A stretch of 64,000 bases of DNA from Octopus vulgaris (GCA_951406725.2 OX597823.1:105834001-105898000), one strand, 5' to 3'. Positions 27,870 to 41,492 are shown, numbered from the stretch's first letter. The notes: generated by a model not told the origin, from the letters alone. Numbers and translations: made by a program.

Positions 27870-28259
27870 AATATATGTACATATATACGCACACTACACG
27901 CATGCTTAGATCCTTAAGCGTATACAGATAGTAGCAAAATGTAGCTGGTTTGATAAGGGACAATGTATGAAAATCTCGGGCCTTGACTCATTCTGTTACT
28001 TCTGTTAAATATTAATAAAAATATACAAATATACATTATTACAACCTGCGGGATTGTAAATATTTAGATATCCCAAGAGAGAAGTGGTTTTCTCACCTGT
28101 GAAATGAGCTTTATTTATTGGTTGAGAAAGACGGGACAGAATCAATTAAAAGAATAAAAAAAAAAGGGAAGTTGCAAACAAAAATGATGAAAAGAAAAGA
28201 AATAAAAGGCTGTAAAACAACAAAGCACTCACACAGTCTTTCCCCACCTCTCCACAAAT

Positions 28260-28264
28260 GATAG

Positions 28265-28305
<41 letters not shown>

Positions 28306-28343
28306 GTGTTATTCTTTTTACAAATGGACAAATGAAAACAATA

Positions 28344-28377
<34 letters not shown>

Positions 28378-28840
28378 AGAAGAAGAAGAAGAAAGAAGAA
28401 GAAGAAGAAGAAGAAGAAGAAGAAGAAGAAGAAGAAGAAGATAACGACGACGACGACGGTGACGTAGAAGAAGAAGAAGGGGGAGGAGAAGAAGAAGAAA
28501 AAGAAGAAGAATTAGGAGGAGGAAGAGGGGAGATGAAGAAGAAGAAGAAGAAGAAGAAGAAGAAGAAGAAGAATAACGACGACGACGACGACGACGGTGA
28601 CGTAGAAGAAGAAGAAAAAGAAGAGAAAGAAGAAGAAGAAGAAGAAGAAGAAGAAGAAGAAGAAGAAGACGAAGAAGAAGAAGACGAAGAAGAAGAAGAA
28701 AAAGAAGAAGAAGAAGAAAGAAGAAGAAGAAGAAGAAGAAGAAGAAGAAGAAGAAGAAGAAGAAGAAGAAGAAGAAGAAGAAGAAGAAGAAGAAGAAGAA
28801 GAAGAAGAAGAAGAAGAAGAAGAAGAAGAAGAAGAAAAGG
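28260..28840. repeat. Compound (GAT)n/(GAC)n/(GAA)n trinucleotide array with internal duplication
   Basis: ATAACGACGAC..GGTGACGTAGAAGAAG occurs at 28441 and 28573. Long pure (GAA)n. Confidence 0.95.
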
Positions 28841-29296
28841 AGAAAGCAAAAGTGTCAAAGAACAACTGAAATAGACGGGTATATTGGCATCAGTAAGCTC
28901 TCCATTTCTGAGAGAAGCGAAAACCAATTTCGACGCTGGCTGCCATTGGATTGATGCGAAACTATTCCTCACTCACTAGTGTAGCAAAGCAGTAAGTTGT
29001 TCACACGAATGCTTTTTTCGATTGAGTATACACTTCATCCACATCAATCCCACCCGACAACTTGTAACCCTCACACCACCCGTCACACACCACCTGCCCC
29101 CACCCCGCTTTAGTTTTCTTTCTTTCTTTTTTTTGTTCACTATTGACTTTACCGATCGAAATATTCCATCAGAAATATCAGCCGATTATCGAAGCATAAT
29201 ATCGAAGCAAGGGGTGGCTTCGGATGCAATGCAGACTTGTTTATATGCGTGCATATATGTATATGTGTTTCTCTGTACATGTAGAAAGGTATATGA

Positions 29297-29323
29297 AATA
29301 ATAATAATAATAATGATGATAAC

Positions 29324-29408
<85 letters not shown>

Positions 29409-29456
29409 GTAACATCAATGATAAAAGTAATAATAATAATAAGAAGAAGAAGAATG

Positions 29457-29487
<31 letters not shown>

Positions 29488-29488
29488 C

Positions 29489-29549
<61 letters not shown>

Positions 29550-29580
29550 GTTATAATAATAATAATAAAAATAATAAAAA
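29297..29580. repeat. (AAT)n microsatellite
   Basis: Direct reading. Confidence 0.95.
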
Positions 29581-29759
29581 AAAACATTAATAATCAATAA
29601 ACAGCTAAAAATTTAAATCACTCGCTATCCATGGAAAGTGGGTGGGCGAAATACAAGTAAAGGGTTTGCAAACGAACCAAACTGCATTCAAAACCCATCA
29701 GAATTAATCCCCTCACTCTCTCTCCTCCACCTCTCTCTCAGTCTCTCTTTCTCATCACC

Positions 29760-29790
<31 letters not shown>

Positions 29791-30012
29791 AATGTACATG
29801 CATGTATATTGAGTGAAAAATCAGTTGATATGTATTTGTTGTATATACACAATGATTCGTCATATATGAGTATATAGGTGTGTATACATATGTCTATGCC
29901 TATGTATATGTGTATGGATATGGATATGTATATATACAAATAATATATAAATATATATGTGCACGGATATGCATGTATATTTGTGACTGTCTATATCAAT
30001 ATACATATATAC

Positions 30013-30087
<75 letters not shown>

Positions 30088-30167
30088 TATATGCACATAT
30101 ATATATACATACATATATATGAATTTCTGTGTAAATTATGTAAAACACCTGAAATTATTAGTATTTA

Positions 30168-30214
<47 letters not shown>

Positions 30215-30259
30215 GCATATATATATATGTATCTATGTATATATGTATATATATGTATA

Positions 30260-30333
<74 letters not shown>

Positions 30334-30446
30334 GCACACAGATATATATGTATATATGTATATATATACATGTATATACATATATATATATGTGTTTGTG
30401 CATATATATGTATATATTATATGCATATACGTTCATATACAAATGT

Positions 30447-30495
<49 letters not shown>

Positions 30496-31085
30496 TGATC
30501 CTGAAAATAACATGGTTCTTTGGCTCATATACTTTGAAAATTCGTTTCCAGTTCTGTTTCCCCAAGATATTTGATGTTCTATTTGTGCATTGAAATGGAA
30601 TTTTATCACGTACCTACCATACACGGACTGACTTTTTGCTCTCTCTCTCTTTTTCTCTCTCCTTTTTACTATCACTCCTCCGTCCATCTCTCTCACATAT
30701 AACCTTGTGTGCATGTGTGTATGTGTGAATGTATGTGAGTGTATTGATGTGTTTATGTGTATATGTGTGTGAGTGTTTGTGTGTGCGTGTCTGTGTGTGC
30801 TTGTTTGTGTATGTGTGTGTGATCGTGTGTTCGCGTGTGTGTATTGATCAGATATATTTCTTTAATTCTCTCGAAAGTTTAAACCGTATTAGTTTCGTTA
30901 CGGAATTGCTAAAGGGGTGTGCGTGCGTGATATATATATATATATACACATATTTACACACACGCGCACGCTCACACATAGACAAACAAACACACACATA
31001 TTCATGCTTACAGATTCATACAGGTTGATAATCATTTCTGATTATTGTATATGTGCATGTTCATATACATACATACATACATACA

Positions 31086-31189
<104 letters not shown>

Positions 31190-31225
31190 TATACATACAT
31201 AGACATATATACACATATATATGTA

Positions 31226-31315
<90 letters not shown>

Positions 31316-31561
31316 CATTTATACATGCATACATATATATATATATGTATATAATGAGATTTCTAGGGTAATTCATATATTTCGAAGTGTCCATTTTATA
31401 GAATTCCAAATTCCAATATAATCTCTCTGGAAATAAGTATCAAGTTCTTTAACAGAGATCTCAATGTAACCTAATAATATGGGTTCAATTTTAGGATGAA
31501 TAATTAATGCTCCACAACTATATATTCATATAATGCAAGGAGTTTATGTCAGGGACTGTGT

Positions 31562-31631
<70 letters not shown>

Positions 31632-31794
31632 GTGTGTATGGATGCATATATGAAGGTCGCTTTGGATTAAGAATAATTTAATAAGGACGTGCTAAAAAAT
31701 CATTTAATATGCAGAAAAATGTAATTGAATTTTTGTGTGTGCCTGTGAAATGTAATTGTAATTATGAAGGAAAGTCTATGTATGTATATGTATG

Positions 31795-31877
<83 letters not shown>

Positions 31878-33109
31878 ATGTGTTTGTGTGTGTATGTACA
31901 TTCATAGAAGCGTGCGTGCGCACACATACAAATACACATACACACACATATATGCACAAATACATATACCTATTTATATTATTCTTGGCAATCAACATAT
32001 TTTTGGAAGCAAGACGTAGACGTTTTGCAGAGGGCCTTAAATCCATAAACGGTCTCAAAAGTGGAGATCTTCCCTTCTTCTCAGATCTAGTTAATGAATG
32101 CTCCGTCCCTTTCAATCTATCGAAGATACCAAGTCGTGTTGTCATCCAAATGATTGTGGGTTTTTCTGTTACTCTGAATCCAATCTCTATTTCTAAACTG
32201 TATACTCGATACTCGGGGTTCAAATATCGTGGTGGGTTCTTTTTTGCCTCTTGTCCTTCAGAGAGGCGATAAAAACATTATGACTCCATGGTAGAGTAAT
32301 AACGGAAACGTAAGTACTTTGAACATGTTCCTTTGCGGTGTTTGTCCTAGCTCTTTGCATTCAGAGTTCAAATCCTACTGTACCTTACTTCAGTGACTGA
32401 CTTAATCTGACGCGTGATTTAACACCATCGCCGTGTCTCTCGGCTGCCTTTATCGGAATTTCTCTGTTGCAAGCATTCGGAACAGCTCCCCGGATTGATA
32501 CCTTCTTCCGCCTTTCAGCCTGTCTTCGAGGCTCTGCGAAGTGTTATGGACATTGCATCACACTCTTGATTAAAAGAGACAAAATAAAAAGCCTGCAACA
32601 AAAATCTGCTTAACTATCTGTGGAGATTTGTTAAGTGTAGATTATTGAATAACTGATTAATTATTTGAGTCGTTCTCAGTAATATTAGGATTTTGATGAC
32701 AGTAAAGTTCAACTTTCGAGTGTATAATTAGAGTATTTGTATCTACAAGTAAATTAATTTTGAACTTTAGAACTCGAAGTAAATAGCTCTATACATAACG
32801 GCGTGTAGAATATTTACACGCTTTATTTATAGATTTAACTAATTCGAGTTTTATAGTTAAAAAATAATTTATTTCCTATCTCTCAAAAGTTTCTATATAT
32901 TTATAATGTAAATATTCATATCTAGACTTCATTTTAATTCTTTTGGCTTTCGATCGCGAAAAGATGTATTTTTTGGATGTACACATGACCCCAGATAGAA
33001 TTAGAACTTGGAAATTTTATTTATAAACTATAAGTAATGACTTTCTTATCCACTAGTCTTTCAGGTTTAATAAAAGTCCTTAGAATAAAATACATAGAAG
33101 AAATTACAG

Positions 33110-33272
33110 TTTTATATTTAAGAGATGAGGAATTATGTACGTTATTTACATTATTTACATTTGACGGATATTTGTCCTCATCTTGTTTGTTGTTAACACA
33201 ACGTTTCAGCTGATATAGCCTCCAGCCTTTCATCTTGGGAAAGGTGTCTTAAGGTATTTTTCGATGTTGTTG

Positions 33273-33313
<41 letters not shown>

Positions 33314-33412
33314 GAGTTGAGACAGTTCATGCATCAAAGTGACATTTCATCATGAACCTGGGTACCGGCACATTCTCATTCCTACCTTGCAGGTATTTTT
33401 CGATGTTGTTGT
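33110..33412 (-). mobile_element. Rearranged inverted copy of the 3' (HHR) half of the element at 33856-34162
   Basis: Minus strand reads CATCGAAAAATACCTTAAGACACC..GATGAAAGGCTGGAGGCTATATCAGCTGAAACGTTGTGTTAACAACAAACAAGATGAGGACAAATATCC. Confidence 0.85.
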
Positions 33413-33731
33413 TAAGGATGTTGAAAAAACCACCCATGTTTTCAGAGGTGAATTATTCAAACCCCAAAGAATCCCTCTCAACAGACGGCTATGATGCTTC
33501 CCCACTACTTCTGCTCGTGATCAGAGATGCACATATCGTCAGCCACTAAGGGACATGCTCAACTGGTTAAGTCAAACAACTGACAAGCAAATCTGGTATT
33601 GAGCAGAATATTTGCTGTAGCCCATCTTTTATACCAAGACAAAACAATGTACATGATAACACTTCCAATCATTTAAGATCAGAAGCCATGAGATGGTCAA
33701 ACTCTCCTCCTCATCTAACCCCCCCCCCCTC

Positions 33732-33810
<79 letters not shown>

Positions 33811-33855
33811 TCACTGCCTGGAATCGAACTCGGAACCACTACGCCATATGCCCAC

Positions 33856-33926
33856 GGGCATATGGCGTAGTGGTTAAGATCGCAGGCTACTAACCCCAAG
33901 ATTTCGAGTTCGATTCCAGGCAGTGA

Positions 33927-34009
<83 letters not shown>

Positions 34010-34162
34010 TCGAAAAATACCTTAAGAATGGGAACCCAGGTTCGAAATTTCTCCAAGACACCTGATGAAGGCTGGAGGGTATATCAGCCGAAACGTTGTG
34101 TTAACAACAAACAAGATGAGGACAAATATCCATCAATTGTAAATAATGCAAATAATGTATAA
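33856..34162 (+). mobile_element. tRNA-like head + (AAT)n + hammerhead ribozyme: SINE/retrozyme-like element
   Basis: A box TGGCGTAGTGG (33863-33873), B box GAGTTCGATTCC (33906-33917), then (AAT)n, then the HHR at 34057-34102. Confidence 0.8.
34057..34102 (+). ncRNA. Minimal type-I hammerhead ribozyme motif
   Basis: Helix I GACAC/GTGTT, core CTGATGA, extra A, stem II GGCTG/CAGCC, GAAAC-GTT with self-complementary AACGTT in place of helix III. Confidence 0.75.
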
Positions 34163-34479
34163 AAGAAATTAGTTTGCTGTGTGATGCGAATTACCAATGT
34201 TTTGTACATTTGTTCTATGGAAACAGGATTTTGCTTGGGACAATGAGAAGGTTTTTTAGGCGGGAGTGCGATAGGAGAATGTGGGTAGTGGGAAAAGATG
34301 TGACACTTCATATGGTCTTTCAAAATATCCTGTCTTAAGATATATCATAATTATTAAGATTTCATGGAAGTTTACGCTTTAAATAATTTTATTTTTAATT
34401 AAACTTTACAAATTATTGTTGATATTCTTTGCTTTTTTTATGTCGTCATTTTTATCGATTCTGTTGTCGATACACCCGA

Positions 34480-35195
34480 GAGTACCAAGTGAATGACGGT
34501 ACCGCTATGTCATCACTCAATCTGCAGGAAATGGTTGAGAAACCTCTGTCAAGACACCTCTTAAAAAAGGAAGGACATATTGGACATTGTAAGTCTTCGA
34601 TATACAGAAAGACGGGTTAGATTACTTCAACGCCTTTGACCATTCACAATTATCATTATACAGGAATTGGAGATGAACGTAAATATTAGCAACAAAGAAC
34701 AACGTAAAATGCCGTTGTTTAGTTTCAAGTCAATCTCGATCGAGTCTTATATAATTCTCTCTATCTCACGACGACATGGTGCATCGTTACTTAAGACGAT
34801 GAATTGAAAAAGCTTCGCAGTTATTTTTAGCAAGAACAGCGACTCGTGGAGGAGGGTTCCCTTATTGATTTAGATAATAAGTATTTTAGAGAAAAGATTT
34901 AAGGTATTATTCAGTCTTGTCCAGACAAATCTCCCGATACAATTCATCTATGGAATTTCAAACATGGACAGAAAATTTGTCAAGTCAACGAAAGAGAGGC
35001 CCCTACGTGGTTGTACTGTCAGACAAACATAGCTGCTAAATCACCTTCAGATCAATTAAAGATACATTCGATAGTGTAAGTATTAGACAGTATTAGATAT
35101 ACATTTAAACTGATGGAATGGTTATGGCTGGAGCGTCTTTGATCATGGAGCTGCTTTTGTCAGGACTGACCAGGGACAAAAAGCTATTTCAACAA
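34480..35195. mobile_element. Cluster of three diverged family C repeats in mixed orientation
   Basis: Remnant motifs GTCTTTGATCAT, GACTGACCAGGG, AAGGACATATTGGA and TTGTTTAGT..CAAGTCAA shared with other family C copies. Confidence 0.45.
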
Positions 35196-35965
35196 TGGTT
35201 GTTGACGCTGTTGTTGGTTCCTCCCATACACATTAATCATTCAGATTAAACCAAACAGCAGCAAATTTAATGTGAATAATTTATCTCTATGGATTACGCA
35301 AGAGAGACATATGGCTCCCTCTCTCTGCCTCTCCTTCCACCTCCATCTCTCTGAATATATACATACATACACACATACACACATACATGCATCATACATA
35401 TATGCTTGAGTATGTGTTTGTATAATTCCGTGATAGCATTTATACAAATAAATAAATATATATATATATATATACATATATATAAACAAATGAATGTTTG
35501 CGTCAATCCATTATTAAACCATTATACTACGTAATAGTTTAAATAGCGAAATCCCACAAAGCTGATTTGGATCTGCTTCAATAACAATCACAACAGTAAA
35601 ACACAATGTAATGGCGTGTATTGATTTCATAGGATCAAATTATAATCAATAAATCAGAAGTACATAAAATCGTTCTACAAGAACATAAACATCAATGTTC
35701 ATAATTTAATAAGGTATGAAATATTTCATCAAATGGGTCCCCGTTAATCCCTATCAAATGTTAAATAAATGTTGCCGCATACATTCCTCGGTGTGTGTGT
35801 GTGCATGCGTGTATGTACGGATGCAATGCATGCGCTCGCGCGTATATACACACACACACAAACACACATATATGTACATGCATACAAACACACGGACACC
35901 CACATGTACATATATGCATGCATATACATACGTATATGTGTATGAATGCATATATATATATATAT

Positions 35966-36161
35966 ATTACGGAGATGTACTTGCATAGCAAGTGACCTGA
36001 TCTGAGATCGTGTGCTGGAACGAAAACAACTGCAGCGTGGAAAGTGTTTATAAGCCATTTAAGAAATACACAAAAGCCATTAGATTCAAAAACCGTTAGT
36101 AAATCTAACGGTTTTTGTGTGTTTTTTTAAATGGCTTATAAACACCTTCCACGCTGCAGTT

Positions 36162-36165
<4 letters not shown>
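35966..36165. mobile_element. (TA)n-flanked fold-back element with ~63-bp inverted arms
   Basis: 36023-36086 versus 36102-36165. Confidence 0.8.
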
Positions 36166-36196
<31 letters not shown>

Positions 36197-36654
36197 ACAC
36201 AAGGAGACTGTATATGTCTGTCATAACTTGATATGTTGATATATATGGAACTTATAAAGTACATGATTATTTGTTTAATCAAAGTTCTCAACAAGTATTC
36301 CTGGGTAGTTGGGGCTATATTCCACGTCTGTGACGTAAATAAACAAAATTATCTTGCAAATATCGATAGAAAGAACATACATATATATTTACCATAAGGT
36401 AACTTCCTATGACATCTACACATTTTTAGGTAAAAATTAAAATGTACGCGTTGAAAGCCAAAATAATACTACAACAAATCAAATCAAAGTAGCATCAAAG
36501 CAAATTAAAATGATAGCAAAGCAAATATAAATAGCGATGAAAGAAAGTTGAATAAGGGTTGTAAAGAAATTAAATTACTGAAATTAAAGTAATATCGAAG
36601 CAAATTAAAATAATCATTTGATTATTATAATTTGCTTCGATATTACAATTAAAA

Positions 36655-36969
36655 TCAAAACTGGTACTCCGTCGAGGGTTCCAGTTGATCCGATCAACGG
36701 AACAGCCTGCTCGTGAAATTAATGTGCAAGTGGTCAAGCACTCCACAGACACGCCTACCCATAACGGAGCTCTCATGGAGATTCAGTATGACACAGAATG
36801 TGACAAAGATACCCCTTTCAACTACAGATACAAGTCATTTTTGCGAACTGAATGAACTGGAGTAACGTGAAATAAAGTGTCTTGGACAATGACACAAAGT
36901 GGCTGCGGGAATCGAACTCACAACCTTACGATCGGGAGCCGATTACCCTAATCACTAAGCCACGTGCCT
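36655..36969 (-). mobile_element. tRNA-derived SINE (family E)
   Basis: Minus head GGCACGTGGCTTAGTGATTAGGG..GAGTTCGATTCCC, followed by a CAAGACACTTT core. Confidence 0.75.
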
Positions 36970-37351
36970 TTATAAGCAAGTTAAAATAATCTGAAAGCAC
37001 TTTACAAATTCGGAGCAAACTAAATATTTTTTCTTATTTAGTATCATCCGGCCAGATTTCCGAGTAATATAAATTATAGTTTAGTCTTGATTAGCAACAC
37101 TTCGTAAACAAATGTCGAAACATCTTTCATCAGTTTATAACAACAATCTGTTTTGGAAATACGAAACACAATTGCTCTCATTGTAATTATACTTACTTCA
37201 ATGAAACCATTATTCCCTAAAAATGACTTGCAATAGTTTTTGGGGGCATGTCAATTCATATATTGAATATTGAAATTCGGGAACATTCTTCGGTGTTAAT
37301 TGAAGGCTTCTATTTAACCACTCAACTAGTGACTCGATATACTCTTTTCCA

Positions 37352-38212
37352 TCCTAGGCACAAGGCCCGAAATTTTGGAGGAGGGGTATTTTGTCTGCCG
37401 TTGCGTTCTGAGTTCAAATTCCACTGAGGTTGATTTTGCCTTTCATCCTTTCGGGGTCGATAAATTAAGTACCAGTTACGCACTCGGATCGATGTAATCG
37501 ACTTAACCCCTTTGTCTGTTCTTGTTTGCCCCCTCTATGTTCAGTTCCTTGTGGGCTATAAAGAAATAAGAAACGTTAACACGCCGGGCGAAATACCTAG
37601 CGGTGTTTTGTCTGCCGTTACGTTCTGTGTTCAAATTCTGCCGGGGTTGACTTTGCCTTTCATCCTTTCGGGGGTCGATAAAATAAATACTAGTTACACA
37701 CTGGAGTCGATGTAATCGAGCTAATCACTTTCTCTGTCCTTGTTTGTCTCCTGTGGGCAATAAAGAAATAAATATTTTTATTATTTCAATTTACTAAGTC
37801 GGCGAGCTGGCAGAAACGTTAGCACACCGGGCAAAATGCTTAGTGGTATTTTGTCTGTCTTTACGTTCTGAGTTCAAATTCCACCGAGGTCGACTTTGCC
37901 TTTCATCCTTTCGGTGTCGATAAATTAAGTACCAGTTTCGCCCTGGGGTCGATGTAATCGACTTAATCCGTTTATCTGTCCTTGTTTGTCCCCTCTCTGT
38001 TTAGCCCCTTGTGGTTAGTAAAGAAATAGGTATTTCGTCTGCCTTTACGTTCTGAGTTCAAATTCCGCTGAGGTTGTCTTTGCCTTTCATCCTTTCGGGG
38101 TCGATAAATTAAGTACCAGTTGCGTACTGAAGTCGATCTAATCAACTGGTTCCCTCCTCGAAGTTTTCGGGCCTTATGCCTTTGCTAGCCTTGTGCCAAA
38201 ATTTGAAGCTAA
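37352..38212 (+). mobile_element. Head-to-tail array of four SINE family A units with mixed 3' tails
   Basis: TTTGCCTTTCATCCTTTCGG occurs four times (~37435, 37652, 37894, 38079). Confidence 0.9.
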
Positions 38213-38754
38213 TATTTCAACATCCTTTTGTCAGGGAGAAGTGAAGTTACCTAATGTCAACAATATTAGCTTCCTCTTTTTAAAATCCGTCCATATTTTT
38301 TTTTACTATGAGCGGTCAGTGATGCTGATTTATTCTGACCACTTAAGGGTAAAAAAGTCATTCCGAGTTTAAACGGAACTAGAACAATGGGAATATCATA
38401 TTTCACTATACTATAATATACTATCTTCACTGTTTTTTTGCCTAATCATTTATACTCCCTCACCAAGAGTATATATTTCGAACATATATCTAATTTTATA
38501 TATATAGATATTAGAATTTTCGGTTCGTGTCACCCACCCGCATGGGAAACACGTTGAATAAAGCTGTATAGGGTTGCAAATCTTTGGATTAGAACATGTA
38601 CTGCAATTAATTTAATGTAAATCGTTTAAATGCATAAACTACTACATCAAAAGACACTAAGACTCTTATTCAGTAGAAACACCTGTCGAAGAGTAATATG
38701 AAGAAAATTCTTTTTTATTAAATATATTTTAAAGATGAAACATATAACTCTATT

Positions 38755-39054
38755 TTACAGAGAGAATTCCGGCGTGAGGGATGTCAACGTAGAATTATAC
38801 ACGCAGCAAGTTTAGAAGGGTTGGACACGTCGCCCGGCTCACCGATAATCGGTGGACCCGGTGTCCAGTGGTACCCGGGAGAGCGGAAACGACCACTCGG
38901 AAGGCCTCTACGATGGTGGAGTTACGATTTCAGGAAGGCGATTGGGATCACGTGGATGAGAAAGGCGTGATCCAGAGAGGAGTGGACAGCATGCTGTGAC
39001 CAGCGGTATCAAATGGACGCCCGACGGACTGGTCAGCCAAGGGGATCAAGGTGA
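38755..39054 (+). mobile_element. RTE-clade LINE 3' end
   Basis: GHVARLTDNRWTR..QWYPGERKRPLGRPLRWW.YDFRKAIGITWMRKA*SREEW, typical of the RTE ORF C-terminus. Confidence 0.8.
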
Positions 39055-39279
39055 TATATATATGTGTGTGTGTGTGTGTGTATATAATTGAAAGTAACTT
39101 TATAATCCGCTCATAAATGTAAAAATAACAGTCAAATCTTCCTCTAATCAAACTTCACTGTCGTAAATGGATGAGGGATGCATATTGTTTAATATAGTTC
39201 CAGATATCACCCAAAATGTCTGGGTTGGTCATGGCCGGCGAAATACTCTTGATAATCGCTCTACTTGATCAGAGCTGAA

Positions 39280-39835
39280 CAATAACAACAACAACGACGT
39301 CGACGGCAACAACAACAAAAACAAAAACAACAACAACAACAACAACAACGACGCAGACGACAACGACAATTATTATAGCCAACATTCCACGACACTGTCA
39401 CCTACACTAAACACCACCATCACCACCACCACCACTACCCACCACCACCACCACCACCACCACCACCACCACCACCACCACCACCACCGCCACCATAACA
39501 ACAACAACAATAATTTCTATCGATTCGCTCAGCTTACTAGAAACCTTAACCAAATCTTCCAATCCCTCATAATAAAAGACTGGGCATTAAAGAAGAAGAA
39601 CAACAGCATCAATGACATCAAACACAGCAGCAACAGCAACAACAGCAACAACGTAACAAGAATATCAATAATAAAAAAGAAACAGCAGCAAATACAACAG
39701 CAACATCAGCAACAAACACCGCCTTTATCAATAAATTCAACAAACAACACAACAACAGTTTGGTGAGCCAACATCAGCAGCAATGGTCCCACCGTACAGT
39801 TGAGGGCACCACTACACCGACACCAGGATTAGAAG

Positions 39836-39882
<47 letters not shown>

Positions 39883-40828
39883 TCGGTGTTATCGTTAACA
39901 CAATCAGACCAATACTGGACAAATTGCTAGAAAGAACAAGCGAATTTCCCGTAAAAGAATGAGAAGGACGCACTTACTGTGACTAGTTCGGTATGCATTT
40001 TCTGAAAATAAGGCGGTGCTGTCATGGGCGGAATGCTTAGATCATAGACTATCTCAATCAAGAATGACCTGAAACTGGTTAAAAATATCAGACAAATTTG
40101 CTTAAAACTTACCCTAATTGTCTTAATAAAAGACATAACGAATAACGTGGTTCTATATAGTTCTATATAGAGGGATAGTTATGGGTGGAGTGTCTTTGAT
40201 CATATATGTGCTTGAAGAGGGTCGGCCTAGGGCTAAACAGCAACAATACCTGTACTAACTTCATTATTATAATTACAACTAACCTCGCTACTGGCACCAA
40301 ACAAAAGCGACACCGAAACCACCATCTACACAAATACCAATACCAACGGAAACACCATGGGCACTGCTCACGCCGACGCCGACGCCATCACCAGCAACAT
40401 TATCACCACCGCCATTATTACCTTCTCCGCATAAGCATTCTTACCATTTTCAAAAGCAATACCATCGATTCCAACGCCAACATCACCACCACCACCACCA
40501 CCACCACCACCACCACCGCCAAAACAACCGCCACTACCACCACCGCCACCGCCACCACCACAAGCACCACCACCACCACCACCACCACCGCCAAAACAAC
40601 CGCCACCGCCACCACCACAAGCACCATCACCACCACCACCACCACCATCACTATCACCACCACCAACAACAACACCACCACCACCACCACCACCACCACT
40701 ACTACTACTACTACACACAATTACCACCATCACCACCACCACCAACAATAACAACCATCACCACCATCAATACTACCAACACCACCACCATCATCACTAC
40801 AACCACTACCATCACCATCATTACCTCC

Positions 40829-40860
<32 letters not shown>

Positions 40861-41035
40861 CACCATCAACAACACTAACATCTTTACCTATGCCACTGCC
40901 TGCACCGTCATCGCCTTCACCATCATCATTACCATCATCACTATCACAACCAACACCATCACACAAACAACAACAACACTGCAACTGCAACTACTACTAC
41001 CACCACCACCACCACCATCACCACATCATCACTGT
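39280..41035. repeat. (CAA)n/(CAC)n/(TAC)n low-complexity tracts interspersed with a family C copy (~39920-40250)
   Basis: Direct reading. Source of the poly-T/G/V ORFs. Confidence 0.85.
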
Positions 41036-41456
41036 CTCTACCACGAGATGTTTTCATGTTTAAATAGAAAACATTAATTGCATCCAAGTGAGTGGGTGGT
41101 AGGCGGTACGGTCTCCACCCCTTTCCTGTTCAGCGGGTAGCTGTAGGTAGATAGACAGAGTGAATGCAGAGTAAAAGAAACGGGTATTAAAGGGGTGTCA
41201 GCTAGGAAGAGACGAAACGGCAGCAAATGATGAAGAGAAGAATCTACCCAGGTGTTATAGCAGCAGCTAGCGGCAACTGTGTTGTATTGCGGGTGGATTA
41301 AGGGTTGCTGGACGAGGGAAGTGTGGGGAGGTGGGGTGGTGGTGGTGGGAAATTCTCTATGAGGAAAAAAATCGCCAAAATTGTGAGTTATGGCGATAGA
41401 AATTAGAGAGGAGAGAAGAAACAAGGATGAAGGTGGGAAGAGAAAAAGGAGGAGGG

Positions 41457-41492
<36 letters not shown>

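Noticed and set aside
28332-28874. 180-aa poly-T/K/E/D/R ORF
   Set aside because: Pure (GAC)/(GAA) array with frame drift and no non-repeat domain.
33856-33929. Functional tRNA gene
   Set aside because: Acceptor and anticodon stems pair poorly, there is no oligo-T terminator, and it continues into a repeat body, so it is a SINE head.
37352-38212. CRISPR-like regularly repeated array
   Set aside because: Units are ~200-bp SINE copies with no unique spacers or cas genes, in a eukaryotic context.
40206-40990. Mucin-like poly-Thr and Gly-rich ORFs
   Set aside because: (CAC)n low complexity, open on both strands, and the ORF start lies in a family C repeat.
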